The notes under the pieces were generated by a model, which worked only from the letters and a program-made list of their open reading frames with translations, was not told the DNA's origin and ran no database searches. The position numbers and the translations under genes were made by a program. This document shows, piece after piece, positions 39,182 through 48,458 of a stretch of DNA of 64,000 nucleotides; position 1 is the first letter of the stretch; the number at the start of each line of letters is the position of its first letter. Source of the DNA: Bacteroidales bacterium UBA1794 (GTDB lineage Bacteria > Bacteroidota > Bacteroidia > Bacteroidales > Bacteroidaceae); contig DCFW01000005.1 of assembly GCA_002315435.1 (NCBI GenBank), positions 50,347 through 114,346 on the forward strand, read 5' to 3'.

Positions 39182-39252
39182 GTATAAAAGTTTGAAAGAG
39201 CAGAATCTATGAAAACTATAGGTATAGATTTTGTTAAGGATATAATTTTTTA

Positions 39253-39260
39253 TATATTTG
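39253..39260 (+). promoter_or_regulatory. Bacteroides-type -7 box (TATATTTG)
   Basis: TAnnTTTG match 40 nt upstream of the ATG at 39301. Confidence 0.4.
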
Positions 39261-39300
39261 TTGCGCTTTCAATATACAAACCTCATTAGAATAATTCAGA

Positions 39301-40422
39301 ATGAAAAGTACTTCCTGTTTTCTGCTGTTATTTTTTGCTTTTAATGTAGTTATGGCACAAAATGATCCTGCATTGTTGACAATAAATGGAAAGTCTTTTC
39401 TGCGTTCAGAATTTGAATATATTTATAATAAAAGTCATTTGGTGGATAAAGATAAACAAGTCTCATTAAAAGAGGGTCTTTTACTTTTTGAAAACTATAA
39501 ATTGAAAGTTGCGGAAGCTGAATCAATGGGGCTTGATACAGCATCATCATTTAGAAATCTTCTTTTAGAGTATCGGCAGCAGGTGGCACAAACTTATTTA
39601 ACGGATAGTTTGATTGACGATCGTGTTGCAAGGGCTTTGTATGATTCATTAAAACTTAAAGGAGCTATACCTGATGAGAATAGGACCTTTGGGAATATGA
39701 AAAAGAGCTTGCTCCGGTTTTATGCGGTACGTCATGAAGGATTTACTCCAGGGACTCAAAGTGTTATAGCTAGAGTAAGAAAGAATGATCGGCTGGCATC
39801 GGAAATGTCTAATAAAGAAGTTCTGGCTTATGAATACTTGCAGCTAGAAAGAAAATACCCAGAGTTTACTCATCAGATTCAAGAGTACCATGATGGCATT
39901 TTACTTGCAGAAATTAGTGCAAAGTACTTTGAACATAATCATGAGGCAGACTCTATCGCTCTAGCTAAGTTCTTTAAGAAACATAGAAAAGATTATAAGT
40001 GGAATGCACCTCACTATAAAGGAGCTTTGATCATGTGTAAAGATAACGATACATATAAAAGAGTGAAGAGGGTGATTAAGAAAATACCATTTCAGAAATG
40101 GAATGATGTGGTAAAATTAAACTTTTCTTCTCATGATTCAATCTCATTTGAAAGCGGTATTTATGTTGAAGGGACTAATCGCTTTATAGATCAATTGATT
40201 TTCAAGAAAAGGAATGGAGCTGTAGGGCATTATCCTGTTGCAAGAACTTATGGTAAGTTATTAAAGAAATACCCTCAAGAGTATAAAGATGTATTGAATT
40301 TGGTCACAGTTGATTATAAAGAATACCTTGAAAAGTTATGGATTGACAGTTTGATGGGTAAATATAAGGTTGAAATTAACGAACAGGTTTTAAAAACAGT
40401 TAATGACCATGCGAAAAACTGA
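39301..40422 (+). CDS. Secreted SurA/PpiD-like chaperone (peptidylprolyl isomerase family, parvulin region degenerate)
   Basis: 373 aa with signal peptide MKSTSCFLLLFFAFNVVMAQ. The N-terminal region is SurA-like (LLTINGKSFLRSEFEYIY). It lies next to a clear parvulin PPIase gene. No intact parvulin signature was seen. Confidence 0.5.
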   Translation: MKSTSCFLLLFFAFNVVMAQNDPALLTINGKSFLRSEFEYIYNKSHLVDKDKQVSLKEGLLLFENYKLKVAEAESMGLDTASSFRNLLLEYRQQVAQTYLTDSLIDDRVARALYDSLKLKGAIPDENRTFGNMKKSLLRFYAVRHEGFTPGTQSVIARVRKNDRLASEMSNKEVLAYEYLQLERKYPEFTHQIQEYHDGILLAEISAKYFEHNHEADSIALAKFFKKHRKDYKWNAPHYKGALIMCKDNDTYKRVKRVIKKIPFQKWNDVVKLNFSSHDSISFESGIYVEGTNRFIDQLIFKKRNGAVGHYPVARTYGKLLKKYPQEYKDVLNLVTVDYKEYLEKLWIDSLMGKYKVEINEQVLKTVNDHAKN

Positions 40423-40484
40423 TTTATTCATTATCTTCGCAGAGAATAAACTAAGTAGATGATAAATAATAAAAATAAAAATAA

Positions 40485-41852
40485 ATGAGTCGTTATTTTA
40501 AATGGAAATACAGTTTGTTTCTGCTATTGTTGATTTGCAGTGCATCAACATTTGCACAGAACGATAATAATATTGCTGATGAGGTGGTATGGGTTGTTGG
40601 AGATGAGGCAATTCTTAAATCGGATGTGGAAGCAGAACGCTTGAATGCCCAATATAATGGAACCAAATTTAATGGCGATCCATATTGTATTATTCCTGAA
40701 CAGCTGGCTGTACAAAAATTGTATTTGCATCAAGCTGAACTAGACAGTATTCAAGTGACTGACGGTGAGGTTATGAAACGTGTTGATATGCAAGTTGATA
40801 ACATTATCCGTCAAGTGGGTACCAAGGAAAAGATGGAGGAGTACTTCAATAAATCATATACTCAGATTCGTGAGAATATGCGTGAAAACGTAAAGGAAGG
40901 ATTGATTGTACAGAAAATGCAACAGCATTTAGTTGAAGGCATTAAAGTGACCCCTTCTGAAGTTCGGGAGTATTGTCAGTCAATGCCAAAAGACAGTTTG
41001 CCATATATTCCAACTCAAGTACAAGTGGAAATATTGACACGCGAGCCTAAAATCCCTCAATCCGAGATAGATGATGTAAAAAGCAAATTACGTGAATTTA
41101 CTGATGAGGTAAATTCGGGGAAACAATCTTTTGCCACATTAGCTATTTTATATTCGGAAGATACGAATAGTGCACGTCGTGGAGGTGAATTAGGATTTAT
41201 GGGAAAAGGTATGCTTGATCCTGATTTCGCAAATGTCGCTTTTAATTTAAACGATCCTAAAAAGGTATCTAAAATAGTAAGATCAGAGTATGGATATCAT
41301 ATCATTCAACTGATAGAGAAACGTGGCGATAGAGTTAATTGTCGGCATATTCTTTTAAAACCTCATGTAGATGATAAAGAAATGGTGGCAGCAACGCATC
41401 ACCTTGATTCTATTGCAAATGATATTCGTAAAGCAAAATTCTCTTTTGAAGAAGCTACTACTGTACTTTCATACGATAAGGATACTCGTGGAAACGGAGG
41501 GCTAATGCCTAATGAGAACACCGGCGATTCTAAGTTTGAAATGGATCAGTTGCCTTCAGAAGTGGCGAAAGTTATTGATAAAATGAATGTTGGTGAAGTT
41601 TCAAGAGCTTTCACAATGATAAACGCAAAAGGACAGGAAATTTGCGCTATTGTCAAATTGAAGTCAAAGACGGAGGGTCATAAAGCAGATTTAGCTGATG
41701 ATTATCAACGCTTGAGAGATATAGTGCTAAACAAACTGAGAGAGAAAAAATTGGATCAATGGATCCTTGAGAAACAGCAGAAAACTTACGTTCGCATCAA
41801 TGGGAAATGGAATAAATGCAATTTTAAATATCCTGGTTGGATTAAGAAATAA
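40485..41852 (+). CDS. Periplasmic chaperone/peptidylprolyl isomerase, SurA-like (parvulin domain)
   Basis: 455 aa with a signal peptide ending STFAQ. The parvulin segment is ARRGGELGFMGKGMLDPDFANVAF...YGYHIIQLIEKR. Confidence 0.8.
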   Translation: MSRYFKWKYSLFLLLLICSASTFAQNDNNIADEVVWVVGDEAILKSDVEAERLNAQYNGTKFNGDPYCIIPEQLAVQKLYLHQAELDSIQVTDGEVMKRVDMQVDNIIRQVGTKEKMEEYFNKSYTQIRENMRENVKEGLIVQKMQQHLVEGIKVTPSEVREYCQSMPKDSLPYIPTQVQVEILTREPKIPQSEIDDVKSKLREFTDEVNSGKQSFATLAILYSEDTNSARRGGELGFMGKGMLDPDFANVAFNLNDPKKVSKIVRSEYGYHIIQLIEKRGDRVNCRHILLKPHVDDKEMVAATHHLDSIANDIRKAKFSFEEATTVLSYDKDTRGNGGLMPNENTGDSKFEMDQLPSEVAKVIDKMNVGEVSRAFTMINAKGQEICAIVKLKSKTEGHKADLADDYQRLRDIVLNKLREKKLDQWILEKQQKTYVRINGKWNKCNFKYPGWIKK

Positions 41853-41868
41853 GTTTATTAAACAACGC

Positions 41869-43521
41869 ATGCTTATTGCATGCGTGTTTTCATTAATAGC
41901 TTTATGCTTATGGGCCGGTAATCAATCGGTTTTACGGATTAGAAAAAACGTAAAACGAGAGATGGTTTATATTATCAATTCAGATGCAACTCTTGGCGAT
42001 GAAGTTCAACATCCGGGTATAACTATTTTAAGAGGACATGTACGACTACGCCATAAGGGCATGTACATGTCGTGTGATAGTGCTTTCCTTAATGAGAAGA
42101 CAAACAACTTTGATGCTTTTGGCGATGTTAACATTCGTCAGGGGGATACATTGCATATTACATCCGACTTCTTGTATTACGACGGTATGACTGAGGTAGC
42201 AAAGTTGCGCCGGAATGTGAAGATGAAGAACCGTAATACAACTCTGGTTACTGATAGTTTAGATTATAATAGAATTCAGGATAAAGCTTATTATTTTGAA
42301 GGAGGTACCTTGTTTGATAAAGACAATGTTCTTGTCTCGGACTGGGGTGAGTATAGTCCGGCAACCAAGATGGCTGTCTTTAATTATAATGTACGTTTAA
42401 TAAATAAGAGAATGACTTTGGCGACTGATACGCTGAAGTATAGTACCCTTACCGGAATTGCAACAATATTGGGTGATTCGCGGATCGATACGAAACAGGA
42501 CCATATCAGAACTCGCCGAGGGTGGTATAACACTCGTAACGATCGGTCGAAATTAACCAGTCGTTCAGAGATTACTACCGAAACAGGTAGAAAGCTGATT
42601 GGTGATACCGTTTATTATGACAAAAAGAAAGCATTTAGTGAAGCATATGGTAATGTCATATTGACTGACACTATAAATAAAATGATCTTTACCGGTGGTT
42701 ATTGCAATTATAATGATGCATTGTTGAATGCTATGGCAACCCGTAAGGCGTTGGTTGTAGATTATTCACAAGGCGATACCGTTTATTTGCATGCAGACAC
42801 ACTGAAGATGAAAACGTTTAATGTTCGTACAGATTCCGCTTTCAGGCAGCTGTTTGCATACCATAAAGTGAGAGTCTTTAGGAATGATGTGCAGGGTGTT
42901 TGTGATTCATTGTTCTTTTCATCAAAAGATACTTGTATGCACATGTATAAAGATCCTGTGTTGTGGCATGACGGGCAGCAAATGTTGGGTGAAGAGATAC
43001 AAGTATTCTTCAATGATAGTACCATCAAGCGCGCCCATATTATCGAACAGGCCTTGTCGGTGGAAAAGAAAGATTCACTCCATTATAATCAAGTCACAGG
43101 AAAAGACATGTTTATGTATTTCACTAAAGGTGATTTAAGGCGAACAGATGTGATAGGTAATGTGCGCATAGGCTTTTATCCTCAAGAAAAAGATAGTGTG
43201 CTGACAGGATTTAACCGATCAGAGGCGGGGATAATGAATATATACATCGAATTGAAGAAAATGAAACGCATTGTGCTCATTACTCAACCGGTCGGCGTAC
43301 TGTATCCGATGGCTATGATACCACAAGACAAGTACTATTTAGATAACTTTGCCTGGTTTGATTATATGCGCCCCAGAGATAAAAATGATGTATTTGAGTG
43401 GCGAGGCAAGAAAAAAGGAACTGAGTTGAAGGATCAGGGAAGGAAGGATGTACCTTTACCTAATAGAGGATTACTTTTAAAGGGAAAAGCGAAAGAACCA
43501 GAGATTAAGCAAAAAGATTGA
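41869..43521 (+). CDS. OstA/LptA-like repeat protein (LPS transport-related, uncharacterised)
   Basis: 550 aa from ATG 41869 ([17 protein letters not shown] signal/anchor). It has repeated beta-jellyroll-like segments typical of OstA N-terminal-like proteins, and the SurA-OstA-MutL synteny is recalled from Bacteroides. The track start at 41767 overlaps the upstream gene by 86 nt. Confidence 0.6.
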   Translation: MLIACVFSLIALCLWAGNQSVLRIRKNVKREMVYIINSDATLGDEVQHPGITILRGHVRLRHKGMYMSCDSAFLNEKTNNFDAFGDVNIRQGDTLHITSDFLYYDGMTEVAKLRRNVKMKNRNTTLVTDSLDYNRIQDKAYYFEGGTLFDKDNVLVSDWGEYSPATKMAVFNYNVRLINKRMTLATDTLKYSTLTGIATILGDSRIDTKQDHIRTRRGWYNTRNDRSKLTSRSEITTETGRKLIGDTVYYDKKKAFSEAYGNVILTDTINKMIFTGGYCNYNDALLNAMATRKALVVDYSQGDTVYLHADTLKMKTFNVRTDSAFRQLFAYHKVRVFRNDVQGVCDSLFFSSKDTCMHMYKDPVLWHDGQQMLGEEIQVFFNDSTIKRAHIIEQALSVEKKDSLHYNQVTGKDMFMYFTKGDLRRTDVIGNVRIGFYPQEKDSVLTGFNRSEAGIMNIYIELKKMKRIVLITQPVGVLYPMAMIPQDKYYLDNFAWFDYMRPRDKNDVFEWRGKKKGTELKDQGRKDVPLPNRGLLLKGKAKEPEIKQKD

Positions 43522-43528
43522 TAAGATT

Positions 43529-45409
43529 ATGAGTGATATAATTCGTTTGTTACCCGATTCTGTTGCCAATCAAATAGCAGCCGGTGAAGTTATTCAACGT
43601 CCGGCTTCAGTGGTAAAAGAATTGGTGGAAAATTCAATTGATGCAGGTGCCACAGAGGTTCATTTATTAATAACTGATGCAGGGAGAACCTGTATTCAAG
43701 TTGTTGATAATGGAAAGGGCATGTCTGAGACCGATGCACGTCTTTCTTTTGAACGGCATGCAACTTCTAAGATTAAGTCGGCAACTGATTTATTTGACTT
43801 GCATACGATGGGCTTCAGAGGCGAGGCTTTGGCTTCAATAGCTGCTGTTGCGCAAGTAGAGTTGAAAACTCGTACTTCTGATGAAGAGCTTGGGACGCGC
43901 ATTTTAATCTCCGGATCGAATATAGAGCTGCAAGAACCTGTTTCTTGTTCGGTTGGTACCAACTTCTCTATCAAGAACCTATTTTTTAATGTACCAGCAA
44001 GACGTAAATTCCTGAAACCAAATCAAACGGAACTGAATAACATTCTGAGTGAATTTGAACGGATAGTGCTGGTTCATCCTGATGTGGCTTTCACATTGCA
44101 CAATAATGATGTGGAACTTTTTAATTTGCCTGCGGGTGGTATTCGGCAACGTATCGTACAGATATTCGGTAAAAAGATCAATCAGCAAATCATTCCAATA
44201 GAGGTTGAAACGTCATTAGTGAAGATATCGGGCTTTGTCGCAAAGCCTGAAGGAGCAAGGAAAAAGGGAGCACATCAATATTTCTTCGTGAATAATCGTT
44301 TCATGAAGCATGCTTATTTCCATCATGCTGTGGTAGATGCTTATGAGAGATTGCTTCCTCCGGGTGAACAAGTTTCTTATTTCATCTATATGACGGTGGA
44401 TCCTTCAACGATTGATGTGAACATTCATCCAACGAAGACTGAAATAAAATTTGAAAATGAAACTCCTATTTGGCAGATATTGCTGTCAGCAATAAAAGAG
44501 TCATTGGGCAAGTTTAATGAAGTCCCCTCCATCGATTTTGACACAATAGGTATGCCTTTGGACTTGCAGGAAGGAACAGCTTTCAGTTCGAATGATGATT
44601 CACCATCACCTCCTTTTGTTGAAATAAATCATAGCTATAACCCGTTTGATAAAGCAGCCTCCTATGGCAACGGCAATAGCAGTTATAATCCCAAACCGAA
44701 AGTGGAATGGGAAGCTTTGTATGGAGGATTGGAGAGAGCCGGCTCCAAAACGGAATCAGCAGCTATTGGCGATGATCCCTTTTCACCTACACCGGAGCAA
44801 GAGCAGGAAGAACAAAAGATTGACTATAATGACAATCTGTTTAATGATAAGAGTTTCAAGCAATATCAATACAAAGGAAAGTATCTTTTGACCTCTGTGA
44901 AATCAGGTCTTATGCTTATTGACCAGCGTCGCGCCCATGTGCGCATTCTTTATGATAGATATATGAAGCAAATAAGTCAGTCAAAGTCAGTCACTCAGAA
45001 AGTACTGTTCCCCGAGGTGATTGAATTCTCTTCTTCAGAATCTGTTTTCGTAGAAAGCGTCATGGAGAACCTCGTATCGTTAGGTTTTGATTTGACCAAT
45101 TTAGGAGGACGAAGCTATTCTATCAACGGTATTCCTGAAGGTTGTGAAGGATTGTCATCTGTTAAGTTAGTTCATGAGATTATTGATACTGCTATGCAGA
45201 GAGGGAGTGTGCCGGATGAAGTGAAGAAGTCTATTGTATTGACAATGGCTAAGGCTTCTGCAATTGTATACGGTCAGGCATTGTCTGAGGAGGAGATGGT
45301 TGCATTAGTCGATGAGTTATTTACCCTGGAGTCTCCTAATTACACCCCTGACGGCAAATTGATATTATCAGTGATAAAAGATAATGATATAGAGAAGATG
45401 TTTCATTAG
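43529..45409 (+). CDS. mutL: DNA mismatch repair protein MutL
   Basis: 626 aa. The N-terminal GHKL ATPase motifs are [31 protein letters not shown] and GFRGEAL. Confidence 0.95.
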   Translation: MSDIIRLLPDSVANQIAAGEVIQRPASVVKELVENSIDAGATEVHLLITDAGRTCIQVVDNGKGMSETDARLSFERHATSKIKSATDLFDLHTMGFRGEALASIAAVAQVELKTRTSDEELGTRILISGSNIELQEPVSCSVGTNFSIKNLFFNVPARRKFLKPNQTELNNILSEFERIVLVHPDVAFTLHNNDVELFNLPAGGIRQRIVQIFGKKINQQIIPIEVETSLVKISGFVAKPEGARKKGAHQYFFVNNRFMKHAYFHHAVVDAYERLLPPGEQVSYFIYMTVDPSTIDVNIHPTKTEIKFENETPIWQILLSAIKESLGKFNEVPSIDFDTIGMPLDLQEGTAFSSNDDSPSPPFVEINHSYNPFDKAASYGNGNSSYNPKPKVEWEALYGGLERAGSKTESAAIGDDPFSPTPEQEQEEQKIDYNDNLFNDKSFKQYQYKGKYLLTSVKSGLMLIDQRRAHVRILYDRYMKQISQSKSVTQKVLFPEVIEFSSSESVFVESVMENLVSLGFDLTNLGGRSYSINGIPEGCEGLSSVKLVHEIIDTAMQRGSVPDEVKKSIVLTMAKASAIVYGQALSEEEMVALVDELFTLESPNYTPDGKLILSVIKDNDIEKMFH

Positions 45410-45444
45410 TGGGCAATGACTATTAATGATCTTTTAGATAAAGA

Positions 45445-45487
45445 GTAAAGAGAAATGTGTCGTGTATGCATTTCTCTTTACTTTTTT
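45445..45487 (+). terminator. Strong intrinsic terminator after mutL
   Basis: GTAAAGAGAAATG (45445-45457) is the exact reverse complement of 45469-45481 (13 bp). TTTTTT follows. Confidence 0.85.
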
Positions 45488-45578
45488 ATATAGAGTTTCT
45501 TTTGTTGATATTACAGCGATTATAGGTCGTTTCTACTTTGTGTTTTGTGCATTGTAAGTTCGAAAATAGGACATTGAT

Positions 45579-45706
45579 CCTTTGATTTTTCTATTTCGTA
45601 TAGAACGTTTTTAAGTTTTACCTTTGTTAAACTTAAATTTATCATAGGTAAAACTTAAGTTTAACGAAGGTAAAACATAAGTTTAATCATTGTAAAACAT
45701 AAAAAA
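45579..45706 (+). repeat. Intergenic repeat element copy R2 (AAACTTAAGTTT-module array)
   Basis: 45611-45636 pairs with 45655-45680 (26 nt, 2 mismatches, 18-nt loop). Direct GGTAAAAC(T/A)TAAGTTTAA modules start at 45647 and 45669, and a partial one at 45692, giving a period of 22-23 nt. The 11-nt leader TTGATTTTTCT and the module sequences are shared with R1 at 27502-27628. Confidence 0.8.
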
Positions 45707-45798
45707 TAATTATATGAATTGGAATAAAGTCTATAATGAATTAGAAATATTGCAGTAATCTATTCGTGTATACATTAAGTGGAGATTCGTGTCACTCC

Positions 45799-45841
45799 CT
45801 AAAAGAAAGAGGACATACCCCCTTTTGGCGGCATGTCCTCT
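45799..45841 (-). terminator. Intrinsic terminator after trpS (minus strand)
   Basis: AGAGGACAT (45808-45816) is the exact reverse complement of 45833-45841. On the minus strand the hairpin is followed by TTCTTTT. Confidence 0.75.
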
Positions 45842-45864
45842 CTATAAGTTATATGTATTGAGAA

Positions 45865-46857
45865 TCAATATAATTCTCTGAAACCCATGATTTGGCGAAC
45901 CTCTTTCAATGTTTTGGCAGCACTCTCATGTGCTTTCTCTGCTCCTTCTTTTGCTATTTTATCCATTAAGTCAATATTGGCCGAATACTCCACGATACGT
46001 TCGCGGATAGGGTCGGTATATTTAATAATGTCTTGTGCAATTTGTTTCTTCAAATCACCGTAGCGAATGGAGCAATCGTTCCATTTCTCATCAAAGTAAT
46101 CATACGTTTCCTTTTCAGAAACCATGCTTAAGAATGTGAATAAGTTCTGAATCACTTCAGGTTTTTCACTGTTCTGCGCTGTTGGACCTCCATCCGTTAC
46201 AGCTTTCATTACTTTCTTCGTTATTGTTTTTGCATCATCTCTCAAATAGATGCAATTACCTTCTGATTTACCCATCTTTCCTGATCCATCAAGACCCGGA
46301 ACTTTCAAAGCCTTGTCTGAAAAATAATAAGATTGAGGTTCTGGGAAGAATTCCACTCCATACATATTATTGAAGCGTCTTGCACAGTGGCGGGCCATTT
46401 CCATATTTTGTTCTTGATCTTTACCGACCGGAACTTTTACGGCTCTGTGTTGCAAAATATCCGCAGCCATTAATGTAGGGTAAGTAAGCAAACCTGCATT
46501 CACATTATCAGGTTGTTTGCGTGCTTTCTCTTTGAAAGTGGTGACACGTTCCAATTCTCCAAGATACGTGTTCATATTAAAATAGAGATACAATTCCAAA
46601 GTTTCCTTTACGTCACTTTGCATGTATATGGTCGCCTTCTCGTGATCTATGCCGCAGGCCAAGTATTCTGCAAGTATTATGCGAGTGCTTTCTACGATAT
46701 CTTCAGGTTTGGGGCGAGTAGTAAGTGAGTGCCAGTCAGCGATGAAGAATAGACAATTATACTCATCTTGCATCTTGACAAAGCTCTTTACTGCACCGAA
46801 GTAATTTCCCAAATGCAGATTTCCCGTTGGACGGATTCCACTAACAACTGTTTCCAT
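45865..46857 (-). CDS. trpS: Tryptophan--tRNA ligase
   Basis: 330 aa. Class I motifs are GIRPTGNLHLGNY (HIGH-type) and KMGKS (KMSKS-type). Confidence 0.95.
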   Translation of the reverse strand: METVVSGIRPTGNLHLGNYFGAVKSFVKMQDEYNCLFFIADWHSLTTRPKPEDIVESTRIILAEYLACGIDHEKATIYMQSDVKETLELYLYFNMNTYLGELERVTTFKEKARKQPDNVNAGLLTYPTLMAADILQHRAVKVPVGKDQEQNMEMARHCARRFNNMYGVEFFPEPQSYYFSDKALKVPGLDGSGKMGKSEGNCIYLRDDAKTITKKVMKAVTDGGPTAQNSEKPEVIQNLFTFLSMVSEKETYDYFDEKWNDCSIRYGDLKKQIAQDIIKYTDPIRERIVEYSANIDLMDKIAKEGAEKAHESAAKTLKEVRQIMGFRELY

Positions 46858-46889
46858 TATTATTTAATTTAAAATCTCGAATTTGGGCA

Positions 46890-46897
46890 CAAAGGTA
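46890..46897 (-). promoter_or_regulatory. Bacteroides-type -7 box (TACCTTTG on the minus strand)
   Basis: The reverse complement of CAAAGGTA. It lies 32 nt upstream of the trpS ATG at 46857. Confidence 0.45.
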
Positions 46898-46966
46898 ATA
46901 ATTTAAAACGGTAAACACTTTGTAGTGATAGTAAGAATAGTTTATTTTGTAATAAAATATTTATAG

Positions 46967-47524
46967 ATGAAGTCTGAAATAGAGAAAATGAGAAGCGGAG
47001 AGTTGGCTAATATGCTCGATCCGCAAATACAAGCGAGCTTTAGACATGCTAAATCGTTGTTGGCTCAGTTTAACCAGCTTTCCGTTTATAGCGATAATTA
47101 TAGAGACTTGCTAAAGGATCTTATTCCGGATATACCATCTACATCCACTATTATGCCTCCTTTTCATTGTGATCATGGTCATGGTATACATTTAGGTGAA
47201 CATGTATTTGTGAATGCTTTTTGCACTTTCCTTGATGGAGGGAATATCTCAATTGGAGATCATACATTAGTGGGGCCGAGTGTACAGATATACACACCTC
47301 AGCATCCGATGGATTATCACGAACGTCGCATCCCTCAAGAGTATTCGTTGCCGGTATCTATCGGTGAGGATTGCTGGTTAGGAGGAAGTGTTGTGATTCT
47401 TCCCGGTATTAAGATAGGTGATCGTTGCGTTATAGGGGCAGGTAGCGTAGTCACTCACGATGTGCCTGATGATAGCGTTGTTGCGGGTAATCCGGCTCGT
47501 GTGATCAGGACGAATAAGGCATAA
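46967..47524 (+). CDS. Sugar O-acetyltransferase (maltose/galactoside acetyltransferase-like, left-handed beta-helix)
   Basis: 185 aa. Hexapeptide repeats (IGDHTLVGPSVQI, IGEDCWLGGSVVILPGIKIGDRCVIGAGSVV) and an N-terminal Mac-type helix (MRSGELANMLDPQ). Confidence 0.8.
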   Translation: MKSEIEKMRSGELANMLDPQIQASFRHAKSLLAQFNQLSVYSDNYRDLLKDLIPDIPSTSTIMPPFHCDHGHGIHLGEHVFVNAFCTFLDGGNISIGDHTLVGPSVQIYTPQHPMDYHERRIPQEYSLPVSIGEDCWLGGSVVILPGIKIGDRCVIGAGSVVTHDVPDDSVVAGNPARVIRTNKA

Positions 47525-47581
47525 GACGAAAAATATTTCTAAAAAAGTGTCCCATTATTTGGGAATCTCAAATAATAGTTA

Positions 47582-47589
47582 TATCTTTG
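47582..47589 (+). promoter_or_regulatory. Bacteroides-type -7 box (TATCTTTG) for the tRNA-Val pair
   Basis: TAnnTTTG match 24 nt upstream of the first tRNA 5' end. Confidence 0.5.
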
Positions 47590-47613
47590 CATCGCTTTTG
47601 AAAAGAAACACTT

Positions 47614-47691
47614 GGGCGTTTAGCTCAGCTGGTTTAGAGCATCTGCCCTACAAGCAGAGGGTCGGCGGTTCGAATCCGTCAACGCCCACCA
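47614..47691 (+). tRNA. tRNA-Val (anticodon TAC), copy 1, with C at position 33; CCA encoded
   Basis: Hand-folded cloverleaf. The acceptor GGGCGTT pairs with AACGCCC, the D stem GCTC with GAGC, the anticodon stem TCTGC with GCAGA, and the T arm GGCGG-TTCGAAT-CCGTC closes. The anticodon loop is CCTACAA, and the 3' end is ACCA. C33 is at 47648. Confidence 0.9.
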
Positions 47692-47719
47692 AGTAAGTTT
47701 CTTTGTTGATTAAGCATTC

Positions 47720-47797
47720 GGGCGTTTAGCTCAGCTGGTTTAGAGCATCTGCCTTACAAGCAGAGGGTCGGCGGTTCGAATCCGTCAACGCCCACCA
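47720..47797 (+). tRNA. tRNA-Val (anticodon TAC), copy 2, canonical U33; CCA encoded
   Basis: Identical to copy 1 except for T at 47754, giving anticodon loop CTTACAA. The copies are 106 nt apart start to start. Confidence 0.92.
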
Positions 47798-47842
47798 GAT
47801 CGAAGTCTTATAAGAGACTGAAATTAGAAATATTAACGACTA

Positions 47843-47880
47843 AAAGCTGATACAATCAATTGTGTCAGCTTTATTTTTTT
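47843..47880 (+). terminator. Intrinsic terminator after the tRNA-Val pair
   Basis: 47843-47855 pairs with 47860-47872 (13 bp, one G-U pair, loop TCAA). ATTTTTTT follows. Confidence 0.8.
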
Positions 47881-48030
47881 ATACGAGAATATGCTACTTG
47901 TCCCCCTCTTTGGGTAAATAAAAGGCATGTTTCTTATAACTATCTTATAACACAATACTACTATGCTATGCCTTTAAAGCTATAATGCATCGATCATGCT
48001 GAAAGCTTTATCTTTCGTGCCTTTATCTGA

Positions 48031-48063
48031 AAAGAAAAAAGTCCGAAGATTATTCTCCGGACT
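48031..48063 (-). terminator. Intrinsic terminator of the small Lys/Cys-rich gene (minus strand)
   Basis: The minus strand reads AGTCCGGAGAATAATCTTCGGACT followed by TTTTTTCTTTT. It lies 50 nt past the stop codon at 48113-48115. Confidence 0.75.
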
Positions 48064-48112
48064 AAGTTTTAGGAAATGATTTAATTAGCTTAAATTGTAT
48101 TTCTACGATTAT

Positions 48113-48322
48113 TTACTTAGCTGGTTTCGCTGCAGCTTTCTTTTCTCCTTTTTGGCAACAAGCTTTTTTGCAATCCTTTTTGCAATCTTTCTTTGCTTTA
48201 GCGTTCTTGGTTGTCGTTACTTCTGTTTTAGCGGCTTTTTTAACAGGAGCAGCTGCGTAAGCAACATTCCCCATACACATCATTGCTACTACAAGAGCGG
48301 CACTTAAAATAATCTTTTTCAT
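48113..48322 (-). CDS. Small secreted Lys-rich, Cys-containing protein (69-aa precursor)
   Basis: Sec-type signal peptide MKKIILSAALVVAMMCMGNVAYA. The 46-aa mature part has 16 Lys and the motif KKDCKKDCKKACC. The gene has its own -7 box and terminator on the minus strand. The + strand ORF 48095-48307 is its mirror image. Confidence 0.6.
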   Translation of the reverse strand: MKKIILSAALVVAMMCMGNVAYAAAPVKKAAKTEVTTTKNAKAKKDCKKDCKKACCQKGEKKAAAKPAK

Positions 48323-48378
48323 ATTGGTAGTCTTTAATAATTAAACTTTTTGTTTTATGTCCTTTTATTTGAATATTA

Positions 48379-48386
48379 CAAAGATA
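48379..48386 (-). promoter_or_regulatory. Bacteroides-type -7 box (TATCTTTG on the minus strand)
   Basis: The reverse complement of CAAAGATA. It lies 56 nt upstream of the ATG at 48322. Confidence 0.45.
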
Positions 48387-48458
48387 TGTAGTATTTGTTT
48401 CTGTTGTAATTAAATATTTGTTATAAAAGTGTTAGGAAACCGTTAAAGTTAGTACTTG

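Noticed and set aside
48095-48307. 70-aa plus-strand ORF (MYFYDYLLSWFRCSFLF...) overlapping the small Lys-rich gene.
   Set aside because: It is a mirror image of the minus-strand ORF. The minus-strand product has a canonical signal peptide plus a -7 box and a terminator on its own strand, while the plus-strand ORF has none.
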